Assembly (NCBI GenBank): GCA_050950825.1
Contig: JBMNIH010000005.1
Location: 86,688 to 150,687, forward strand
Origin: Clostridia bacterium
Lineage (GTDB): Bacteria > Bacillota > Clostridia > JAAYHZ01
DNA length: 64,000 nucleotides
Direction: 5' to 3'
The notes below the pieces were generated by a model. It did not search any database. It was not told the DNA's origin and saw only the letters and a program-made list of their open reading frames with translations. Shown piece after piece: positions 28,996 to 37,645 of this stretch (position 1 is the stretch's first letter; every line of letters starts with the position of its first letter). Position numbers and translations under genes: made by a program.

Positions 28996-30078
28996 ATGAG
29001 GTTTCGAATGTACGGTTTCGATAAAAACGACGAATCGATTTTTTCTCGATTCAAAAAAGAAGGCATTGATGCGGTAGTATGGGTTAAAAACGATGAAGCC
29101 ATGAAAAAAGCCGAGGATACGGGCCTTTCCTATTACATCTGTATGGGAGCCTTCGGCTCCTCCGACGAAAAGGAATTTTGCATCAACGTAAACGGAAAAG
29201 CCGTCTCTTGGTTTAGCTCCGGATGTCCGAACCGTCCGGAAATACAAAAACGATGTCTTGATAAAGCGGAAGAGTTGGCAAGACTCCCGCATCTAAAAGG
29301 CATTATCATCGACGGTGCCCGGTTTTCATCGCCGGCATCCGGCGACAGCATTGAAGCATTTCTAACCTGCCTTTGCCCTTATTGCGTTTCCAAAATGGAG
29401 CGTTTGGGCATGAACACAGAGGGTATCAAAACCTCCCTTACGGCTTTTTATCGGTTATTGAAATACGGAGAAGAATTTTCAATATCGGACCATATCGATA
29501 ATCTTAAGGAATGGCTGCGGTTTCGAAGAATAACCGTAACGGAGTTTTTGAAAGCCTATGTTAAAAGGATAAAGGCTCAAAATCCGAATCTTGAAACCGG
29601 CATCTACATTTTTACTCCGTCGTTGTCCGATTTGGTAGGACAAAGCTACGAAGACTTGTCTTCCTATTTTGACTTCTTCTCTCCTATGATATATCGGCAT
29701 TTTAAACACCCGAGCGGACCTGCCTGTTTGGACCATGAAATTTCCGCCATTTTAGGATACGGGGAAGGAAAAAACGAAGATGCGAAAAATACGATCCGTG
29801 AAACCTTTATCCGGTTAACCGGGGTCGATTACTTTGGCTTCGGCACAAGGGAATCTTTAAAAGAAGAAGGCTTGCCCCCTGAAACGGTCGGAGCGGAAAC
29901 AAAAAAAGCCGCGGACCGTTCCTGCGGCCGTAGGGTAATTCCCATCATTTTATTGGATGACGATCGGTTGGAAAGATCCTTAGGACAAATTTCCAATCTT
30001 GTGGATGAAATCGATTTTTACGTCTACGATAAAACGGTTTTTGACAAGGCGATTGCCGTATTAAAGAAGTTTTCGTAG
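28996..30078 (+). CDS. Hypothetical protein, probably a glycoside-hydrolase-like TIM barrel with a Cys cluster
   Basis: GIIIDG...CLCPYC, WLRFRR and FFSPMIY motifs typical of GH42/GHL-like barrels. Confidence 0.55.
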   Translation: MRFRMYGFDKNDESIFSRFKKEGIDAVVWVKNDEAMKKAEDTGLSYYICMGAFGSSDEKEFCINVNGKAVSWFSSGCPNRPEIQKRCLDKAEELARLPHLKGIIIDGARFSSPASGDSIEAFLTCLCPYCVSKMERLGMNTEGIKTSLTAFYRLLKYGEEFSISDHIDNLKEWLRFRRITVTEFLKAYVKRIKAQNPNLETGIYIFTPSLSDLVGQSYEDLSSYFDFFSPMIYRHFKHPSGPACLDHEISAILGYGEGKNEDAKNTIRETFIRLTGVDYFGFGTRESLKEEGLPPETVGAETKKAADRSCGRRVIPIILLDDDRLERSLGQISNLVDEIDFYVYDKTVFDKAIAVLKKFS

Positions 30079-30084
30079 TCATAA

Positions 30085-32163
30085 TCATCGTTTTAGCAAA
30101 GCCTTGTATACCACGGGGCCCGAGCAAAAGTATACGGCATCCTCCGTTACCGCGATACCGGAGGTTACTTGCTTGGGAAACGTTTCTAAAAAGGTTATCG
30201 AATAATCCTCGGGGTTAATCTTTAAAAGCGCTTGGGTCATCAAAAGATAAATAACCCCGTCCTTGTACACCATGCCCTGCCTGACCGCAGGGCCTGCGGT
30301 ATGAAGGTTGTATTGATATGTGACCTTTTGCTCCTTGTAATCGTAGACAAAGAGAATGGCGCAGGAAGTGACACCGATGACCTTATCCCCTACGCAAACC
30401 ATATGGGCGATTTCAGGCAAGCCCTTTAAGGGATACGTAATGTTGCTGACTTCATAGGTTTGCGGATTGAATTCGAAGAGGGCCGCCGTATCGTAAACCG
30501 GAGTTCCCCCTCCGGGGGCTAAAACCGTGGTACCGCACAGAACGTTGCCGGAAGGAAGCTCCGTCATGGCCGTGATTCCGTGGTACTCCAGCAAATCCTT
30601 GTTTTCGATGACACGGGTCTTGCCGGTTTTCACGTCGTATATGGCCATACCGGCTCCTACCACACCGTAGCCTCCGTACCCGCTGAAAAGACATGTCCTT
30701 CCGTCGGACAAGGCCAAGGCCGAACGAGGCCGATATATGGCATCCGACTTCGCCTCAAGCCTCGGGTTCATGCCCGCATAGGTGTTTATAATCTCCGTCT
30801 TGGTATCAAAGCGGTAGATGTATCCTCCTGCATAGGCGGCGCCTACGAGAATATCTTCTTGGGATGCGTAGCAGCAAATATTGCCTACGCTGCTGCCGAT
30901 GCTTTTGATCCCGTAGTCCGTTATGGTGTCGGTCTTCGGATCAACGGTAAAAATATTCATGGGATGGCTTGTGGTTCCGTATATGATGCCGTTCGGACCC
31001 AACGCCAAAACGGAGCAGTTCGCCCCTGCGCTTTTGTAGTCAAATACCGCCTTCTTTATCTTTTTCGTTTTCGGATCCCAATAGGTAAAGGTTTTCCCGG
31101 GATAGTCCATGCCGCCAATGGAAGGTGCATCGTCGTAAGGGATGTGAAGCGTCCAAGGATAAGCGGTGTCGTAACAGTGACGGATCTGCGTTACCTTTTC
31201 CTTTACTTCCCCGTTTTCCAGCACAAACCAAGAGCCCAAATGCTCCCCGTCGGCACTGCTTTTTCCGGTTACGGTTACGTTTGCAACGACCTTGCCGTCT
31301 TTGGTTTTATACACAACCGCATTGCCGGTTCCGGGAATTCTCGGGAACATGAATTTCTTTTCTCCCGTTTTTACATTAAACCCGATGACGTTCACTTCCG
31401 CCGTTCCGATGGCGTTGTAGACCCAACCGTACGAATCCGCTCCTTGGGTAAAGCAGTACTGCTGCGTTTCATCCAAAAGGCCGTGGTTTTTCACTTCCCC
31501 CGTTTCGGGGTTATACGAATAAAGATGGATTTTCGGGTAGTTGGAAAAATAAATGATTCCGTTATCGTCCTCGCAAAAGCCCCAGCCTACTTCCGAAGCG
31601 CCCATCTCTCTCATGTTGATAACCTTCGTAAATTCCTTGTCAACCGGATCAAACTCGTAAAAGTAAACGCCTGCACCGGTATAGAATTTACCGGCTTGGG
31701 ATGCGAATGATTTGTAAGGTGCGCCGTTAGCATTGTTTTCGAAGTTATGTTGGGTGTAGGAATCGGTTTCCAAATCATAGCAAACCAAAAAACCGATGGA
31801 CGGCAGCACCGCGTAGAATTTGCCGTCTCTTCCCTTGACAATGGCTCCGGACCGAGCTTCGGAGGTGTTCGAAGCGATACCCAAGCGCTTGACGGTCTCC
31901 GATTCCATGATATCGATTTCCTCTTCCGTTACGAAAGGTTCGCTCTTTTCGGTAACGGATTCCGGATTCACGGTATCGGAAGGCGCGGACGTTGCTTCGG
32001 TTTTTTCGGTTGTCGTTTCTTTTTTTGCTTCCGTTTCCTTAAAGGTAACGGATTGCGAGTAAGGGACCGTTTGTTTTTCCGAAACTTCGGCTTCCCTTGA
32101 GCAGCCGACAACGGATATAAGAAAAACGAACAGACAAAGAATCGCTTTTGCTTTTACGGACAT
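30085..32163 (-). CDS. Beta-propeller lipoprotein
   Basis: Lipobox VVGC and a Thr/Glu-rich linker, then a domain homologous to 27022-28875. Confidence 0.75.
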   Translation of the reverse strand: MSVKAKAILCLFVFLISVVGCSREAEVSEKQTVPYSQSVTFKETEAKKETTTEKTEATSAPSDTVNPESVTEKSEPFVTEEEIDIMESETVKRLGIASNTSEARSGAIVKGRDGKFYAVLPSIGFLVCYDLETDSYTQHNFENNANGAPYKSFASQAGKFYTGAGVYFYEFDPVDKEFTKVINMREMGASEVGWGFCEDDNGIIYFSNYPKIHLYSYNPETGEVKNHGLLDETQQYCFTQGADSYGWVYNAIGTAEVNVIGFNVKTGEKKFMFPRIPGTGNAVVYKTKDGKVVANVTVTGKSSADGEHLGSWFVLENGEVKEKVTQIRHCYDTAYPWTLHIPYDDAPSIGGMDYPGKTFTYWDPKTKKIKKAVFDYKSAGANCSVLALGPNGIIYGTTSHPMNIFTVDPKTDTITDYGIKSIGSSVGNICCYASQEDILVGAAYAGGYIYRFDTKTEIINTYAGMNPRLEAKSDAIYRPRSALALSDGRTCLFSGYGGYGVVGAGMAIYDVKTGKTRVIENKDLLEYHGITAMTELPSGNVLCGTTVLAPGGGTPVYDTAALFEFNPQTYEVSNITYPLKGLPEIAHMVCVGDKVIGVTSCAILFVYDYKEQKVTYQYNLHTAGPAVRQGMVYKDGVIYLLMTQALLKINPEDYSITFLETFPKQVTSGIAVTEDAVYFCSGPVVYKALLKR

Positions 32164-32206
32164 GATACAAACCTCCTTTTAACCGCGATACGGAAAACTA
32201 CCGCAA

Positions 32207-34396
32207 TCATTTTCTCGGTCCGTCATTCTCTCCTTTATGATTCCTACGGACTCCCGTTTGAGACATATCGATTTTTTGAAATCCCATTTCAAAAGCAGGA
32301 GAATTCTCTTTTAATGTAAAATCATAATTCTCGGGATCCGTAAATCCCGGATCGGCAATAATGCTTCCTTTTTCAAAGCCGTACTTTTGCACCTCGGAAA
32401 GGGTGCGTAAGCCCTCCCGGTCCGTTATCATCGGCTCTTCTCCGTCTTTCGACCAAAGGATATTGTTCGACGAGAGTATCTTTGCCGCCGTAATGTGGTT
32501 TTCTCCCGATTCGGGGTCATCGCCGACGGAATATACGGGGCATCCGTCGGTATAGATGATATTGTTCACAAATTCGATAGAAACGTGTTTTTCAAATCGT
32601 GCCACTTGTATCATACCTTTTCCCGAGAAAGCAAAGATGTTGTTTCGGACCGTGTTGCGGGTTCCGTAGTGCTGGTTGAAGCAGTTATCCGACGTGTTGT
32701 AGCAAATGTTGTTCTCAAACAAAATCCCCATACTTCCTTCATCGGCGTACAAGGCCCAGCCGCCGTAAGTACCGCTTTGGATATCGTGTATGAGGTTGTT
32801 GGAGACCGTTGTTCCCGGCTGGGGTCCTAATAGGTATATGCCTCCCATATCGCTTAAAAGCCCTTGTCCGATATTGTAAATATGATTGTAGGATATGATA
32901 TTGTTTTTGTTGACGCTCGGATAATATCCCCAAATTCGGCCGCAGGATATGCCCGAGTAGAAAAGATCGCTGATTTCATTATGGGAGATGTCGTTATCGT
33001 ACGTATGCATGGCAAGAATGCCGCAAGCGGCAAGATGCCTTCTGCCGCAGCGGGTGATGGTATTATCCGTTATCGTGTTGCCGAAGGTACGGCTGTTTTT
33101 AGGCGATTGAACGTGCCCGCCGTTGATTTTGATGCCGCCCGCTCCCCCGTCATAAAATTCACAGCCCGTAATACGGATACCGGAGCATCCTTCGTTTACG
33201 GTTATACCGTACAAGCCGTAGTTTCGGAAGGTGCAATCCTCCACAAAGCAGTCCTTGGCACCGAAAAGATTCACAACCCCTTGTGCACCGGATACCCCTT
33301 GGCTGTCCGATGCGAACCCTTCCTCGCCCGGCGGGACTCCTTCCATGCTTACGTAGTCTCCCTTGGTATAGGCAAAGGTAAGCCCGTAGAATCGTATATT
33401 GCTTACATGAAGATTGTCGTCGTAATCGCCCTTTATCTCGATCAGGGTTTCCGTAACCGGTGCGTACACCTCGATATTATCAGGGGTTTCGTCGTCGCTT
33501 CGGGGGATATAGTAAAGCATTCCTTCGGGACGGTCCAAATACCATTCCCCCGGATTTTTAAACTGTTCCGCAACGTTTTCAATATAGTAGCCGATGTCGA
33601 AGTAGATTTCATAACGGGATCGGTATTTTAACGTAAGCTTTCCCGTTTCCTTGTCGTAGCTTTCAATGGGAGAGTGTTCGTCCACCCAATAGTGGTTAAA
33701 GCTTACGATGCAGTCGTTTAGGTTTTTAAAGTCCTTGATGTCTTCTTTTTTGGCTATAAACCACTTGGAGCCTCCCAAAAAACCGCCGTCCGACACTTCT
33801 TGCCCTATTTTATACAAATACCCTTCATCCGGATACCGCGTAAGAGACGCCCGCTCCTCGTTTACATAAAGGTCCGTAAAAACCCAATCTCCTTTTTTCA
33901 CGTCTTCGATAAAGGCGGCGTAGCAATTCGTGCCGTTAAAAACGGCCGGAGAAAAACCGGAGATTCTCCTTCCTCCGCTGATGACCACCTTTTCGTCGTC
34001 GTAGGGCTCAACGGTAACGTCGTATACGGAATGTGCGATCGTCAACGGGGACGGCATAGCATAGGTGCCGCCGAGCATGCGGATGACAATCGGATCAAGC
34101 ACCCCTTCCTCCCGCAGATCCGAAACGGCTTCAAAAGCCTTATATAGGTCGGGAAGGGGCTTATCGGGTGAGCTTCCGTCGCCGGTGCCGTCTAAAGATA
34201 CATAAAGAACGACAACCGTATCTTCCTCATTCGTTTCTTCTTCCGGGATTTCCGTTTCAAGCACGGAAGAGGTTTCCGAAAGTACAGTCGTTTCGGTTAT
34301 TTCGACACGGGAATCGTTTTGATAATTCTTCGAGCAGCCGACAAAAAACAGAAGGAAAACAAGCAGGCAGACAACCGCCCGATATTTTACCGGCAT
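32207..34396 (-). CDS. Right-handed beta-helix glycan-active lipoprotein (paralog of 23551-25551)
   Basis: Lipobox FVGC and a Thr/Glu-rich linker; body homologous to 23551-25551. Confidence 0.8.
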   Translation of the reverse strand: MPVKYRAVVCLLVFLLFFVGCSKNYQNDSRVEITETTVLSETSSVLETEIPEEETNEEDTVVVLYVSLDGTGDGSSPDKPLPDLYKAFEAVSDLREEGVLDPIVIRMLGGTYAMPSPLTIAHSVYDVTVEPYDDEKVVISGGRRISGFSPAVFNGTNCYAAFIEDVKKGDWVFTDLYVNEERASLTRYPDEGYLYKIGQEVSDGGFLGGSKWFIAKKEDIKDFKNLNDCIVSFNHYWVDEHSPIESYDKETGKLTLKYRSRYEIYFDIGYYIENVAEQFKNPGEWYLDRPEGMLYYIPRSDDETPDNIEVYAPVTETLIEIKGDYDDNLHVSNIRFYGLTFAYTKGDYVSMEGVPPGEEGFASDSQGVSGAQGVVNLFGAKDCFVEDCTFRNYGLYGITVNEGCSGIRITGCEFYDGGAGGIKINGGHVQSPKNSRTFGNTITDNTITRCGRRHLAACGILAMHTYDNDISHNEISDLFYSGISCGRIWGYYPSVNKNNIISYNHIYNIGQGLLSDMGGIYLLGPQPGTTVSNNLIHDIQSGTYGGWALYADEGSMGILFENNICYNTSDNCFNQHYGTRNTVRNNIFAFSGKGMIQVARFEKHVSIEFVNNIIYTDGCPVYSVGDDPESGENHITAAKILSSNNILWSKDGEEPMITDREGLRTLSEVQKYGFEKGSIIADPGFTDPENYDFTLKENSPAFEMGFQKIDMSQTGVRRNHKGENDGPRK

Positions 34397-34412
34397 GATG
34401 CAAACCTCCCTG

Positions 34413-34453
34413 AAAAACAAGAACCAAGGGATAAACCCTCGGCTCTTCTTTTT
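34413..34453 (-). terminator. Intrinsic terminator after the ceramidase-like gene
   Basis: Minus strand AGAGCCGAGGG-tttat-CCCTTGGTTCT followed by a T-rich run. Confidence 0.55.
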
Positions 34454-35749
34454 TTATATCAATTTCTTAAGATAGTCCAGTATAATATCTCCCGCTTCTT
34501 TTGCCAACGGTCCCGGGTATCCGTAATACAAATGAGCGCTTTTCACTTCGTAAACGGATCGATCGTACATCGCTCCGTAAGGCAAATAGCCGAATACGCC
34601 GCCGGTGTAGCCTAAGACCACGGTGTTTTCTTTTCCGAACAGCTCCTTGACGCGAAGACCCAACTCGTGGAAGATTTCAAAGGGCATGGCCACAAAAACC
34701 AATTCCCCTATTTTCCATGTTCGGATCAGAGGATGTACTTCGGTCATCAGCGTGTTGTTCTCGTACCCTTTAACGCCTCGATCCGCCCAAAGTACTCTGA
34801 CCGCTGCCGCCTGCACATGGGCAAAAGAAGGCGAATACTTGTTTTCGATCATTTTTTTACAAGAGTCAAGGGCCTCTTCATAAATCCTTTTGTATTCCTC
34901 TTTGGAAAGGACCGAAAGAGGAAGGGTCAATTCCGAAGCGTTGCAACGAATATCCGCATCGGTACTGTTTTTGAATTTGAACATTGCATCCTTTACCGAA
35001 TCGGCAAGGTTTTCACCGTTGGCTTTGGCTTTTTCGAAGGAGCCTCGTTCTTTCGGGTCGATATCTCCGCAGCATCCCGTTGTAAAGATCACGGTAACGC
35101 CGTCGCCGTATTCTTCCTCCAGCTTCCGTATCGTGAAGTAGGGATAATCCGCCGTGTAGGTGTAATTGCTGTTGCCTAAGGTAACCGGGTGGCAGCCGTA
35201 GTTTACAATCACTCCTTTTAACCGGTCGGTGTTCGATTCGAATATACGGATGACGCCGACTTGCTTATCCATGATATCTTGGTAAGGCAGCTCGTCTTTA
35301 TACAAAAGCGCAACCCGGTTCATACCGATACCGCATTCCCCTACGGAGTAATCCAAATATCCTTCAAAAAGATTTTTTTCGGCTTCTTTCGCCAATCGAA
35401 TCAAATCCCCTTGGGTTTCTTCCAACCAAGCCTTGTCGGCAATGCCGCATCCGTAAAGCGTTCCGGAAGCGGGACCCGCATGGGTATGGATGGAATGGAT
35501 CATAATGTTGCTTACGGGGATATTTAAAGCTTCGCTGATTTTCAGTTCCGTTTCTCTCGAAAAACCGGGGTCGAACCCGAGTATCTGGCATACCATCAAA
35601 AGGGTCTTCACGCCTTTTGACTCCATATATACCGCGCTGATTTTCAATTGGTCGTTTATATCAAGAGCTCCAATGACTCTTCCGCCGTATCCGGTCATTT
35701 GCATACCGATGGGGGTTCGGACATCGGTTTCGGCGATTCCTATCTTCAT
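34454..35749 (-). CDS. Neutral/alkaline ceramidase N-terminal-domain family amidohydrolase
   Basis: MTGYGGR, SIHTHAGP, NYGCHP, TADYP and GDIDP motifs. Confidence 0.82.
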   Translation of the reverse strand: MKIGIAETDVRTPIGMQMTGYGGRVIGALDINDQLKISAVYMESKGVKTLLMVCQILGFDPGFSRETELKISEALNIPVSNIMIHSIHTHAGPASGTLYGCGIADKAWLEETQGDLIRLAKEAEKNLFEGYLDYSVGECGIGMNRVALLYKDELPYQDIMDKQVGVIRIFESNTDRLKGVIVNYGCHPVTLGNSNYTYTADYPYFTIRKLEEEYGDGVTVIFTTGCCGDIDPKERGSFEKAKANGENLADSVKDAMFKFKNSTDADIRCNASELTLPLSVLSKEEYKRIYEEALDSCKKMIENKYSPSFAHVQAAAVRVLWADRGVKGYENNTLMTEVHPLIRTWKIGELVFVAMPFEIFHELGLRVKELFGKENTVVLGYTGGVFGYLPYGAMYDRSVYEVKSAHLYYGYPGPLAKEAGDIILDYLKKLI

Positions 35750-35818
35750 ACGTCGTATCCTCCTCAATCTTTGACATGGGTAATATTATACCACTTCCTT
35801 AAAGGGGTGAAAATACGT

Positions 35819-36658
35819 TTATCCGCATACTTCCTTAATGACTTTTTTCATATAGGCGACGCTTTCCGGAACGCCTACGGATTCGTCTTCGCGGCCTTCG
35901 TATTCCAATGCAATATATCCGTTGTATCCGGCTTCTTTTAAGATTTTCAAGCAGCCAACATGGTCTACGTCCCCTTGTCCCACGATACAGGGCACCGTTC
36001 CCCAACCCCAAGGCTTGCTCGGATCCGGTATCTTTTTGTTGTCCTTAAAGTGGACATAAGCGCAGTAGTCTTTCGCTACCTTTGTCCCTTCAACCCCTTC
36101 TTGGCCTCCGGCCATATAGTTGCCCACATCGATGGTGGCTTTCACAAAATCCGATCCTACGGCTTTCAGCATTTCCACCTGCTCTTCGCCGGTACAGGGA
36201 AGTCCGCCGTGGTTTTCCAAAGCCAGCACCAAACCGATCTCCTTCGCCGTTTCCGACAGAATTCCCAAAGCCTCAATGACTCTTTTGAAGGCCTCCGATT
36301 TTGTTTTTTCATCCGTTTCCAAGCGCTTCAAGCCTCCGCCGAAGATTCGGGATACCGGGGCGCCCGTTTGTGCGGCTACCTGCATCCACGCTTTCGTATT
36401 CTTTATTTCCTCTTGAAACTTCTCCTTGTCCGGAACGTTAAAATTGGTGGACAAGGACAAGCCGGAAAGCTTAAGACCGCTGTTCTTCAACGCCGCGCTT
36501 ACGCGTTTGGCTGCATCCTTGATATCTCCCAAATACCGGACATGAAAATCCAGAGCATCCACATCCAATGCCGCAACCTCGCTGCACAACCTGTCCAAAT
36601 CCCACCCTTCGTCAACATAACGCCGATGGAAGCTGTAATGACAAATCGATATTTTCAT
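35819..36658 (-). CDS. Sugar phosphate isomerase/epimerase
   Basis: ALENHGG, DVGNY, HFKD and LEYEG. Confidence 0.87.
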   Translation of the reverse strand: MKISICHYSFHRRYVDEGWDLDRLCSEVAALDVDALDFHVRYLGDIKDAAKRVSAALKNSGLKLSGLSLSTNFNVPDKEKFQEEIKNTKAWMQVAAQTGAPVSRIFGGGLKRLETDEKTKSEAFKRVIEALGILSETAKEIGLVLALENHGGLPCTGEEQVEMLKAVGSDFVKATIDVGNYMAGGQEGVEGTKVAKDYCAYVHFKDNKKIPDPSKPWGWGTVPCIVGQGDVDHVGCLKILKEAGYNGYIALEYEGREDESVGVPESVAYMKKVIKEVCG

Positions 36659-36698
36659 CTTGCCTTCCTCCAAATTCATTTATATATATCCGAATATT

Positions 36699-37538
36699 CT
36701 ATTCGATCCTTATCATTTTACCGGGGTCTACGGATAGGGTTTTCCCGTTAACAAACAGCCAAATCGTTCTTCCGGTGGGGTTTTGTACAAGGGTGCCGTC
36801 TACGCTGAAATTCAAGCGATTGTAGTCCTGTACATATTCGTATATTTCCATGTTGGTTGCATACCAAATATCGTCCCGATTCCCCACTTGTTCGGCGAAG
36901 ACTTCGATATCATGCCAGCTGTCGTTGGTATCGAAGTCGTAGCTGTGACCCCAGAGGGAGAATAAATAGGGGCGGTTGTCGGCACATTCTTTTAAAAATG
37001 TCGTTGTCAATTTTCTTAAAGCAGGGGATCGATGGTAGCAGGTGGTAGGCATTCTCAACCAGTCCGTGGGAATATCAAAGGTGTTGGTGGATACGGTGGT
37101 TCGGGCATAAACAATACCGCAGCTTTTAATGGCCTCCACCGCTTGGTCCGAGGTGTTTCCGTAAGGGTATGCCATTCCCTTAACGATGACACCAAACTGC
37201 TTTTCCAAGTTCTCGCGGTCCTTCATCACCTCGTAAACGACTCGGTCCGAAGGCAGCCGGTCCAAATAGGGGTGGGTCAGGGTATGGACCGCCACTTCGT
37301 GTCCCGAATTCAAATAGACTTCGGTGGATTTACTCATCGTCATCCGGCGGTGAATTCTGTCGGCAGGATAAACGGTTCCTTCCGGTGCATACAAACCGCT
37401 GTTTAAATTAAAGGTTCCTTTTAGTCCGTGTCGGTTCATAATATTTAACAGACGGATGTCTTGTTCAACACCGTCGTCATAGCTCAGGGTTAACGCTTTC
37501 GCTTTTCCGTTCGGAAATCTTAAGAATACACTGGTCAT
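36699..37538 (-). CDS. Polysaccharide deacetylase (CE4/NodB fold)
   Basis: LTLSYDDG, HEVAVHTLTHP, AYPYG and WGHSY. Confidence 0.88.
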   Translation of the reverse strand: MTSVFLRFPNGKAKALTLSYDDGVEQDIRLLNIMNRHGLKGTFNLNSGLYAPEGTVYPADRIHRRMTMSKSTEVYLNSGHEVAVHTLTHPYLDRLPSDRVVYEVMKDRENLEKQFGVIVKGMAYPYGNTSDQAVEAIKSCGIVYARTTVSTNTFDIPTDWLRMPTTCYHRSPALRKLTTTFLKECADNRPYLFSLWGHSYDFDTNDSWHDIEVFAEQVGNRDDIWYATNMEIYEYVQDYNRLNFSVDGTLVQNPTGRTIWLFVNGKTLSVDPGKMIRIE

Positions 37539-37645
37539 AGGCTAAACTCCACTTTCTTTTCGAAATTTCTTTTTATTTAACATTATATATCAAATTCAGC
37601 CGAAGGATAACAAAACTTTCTTTTTATAACCGATATTGTCGATCC

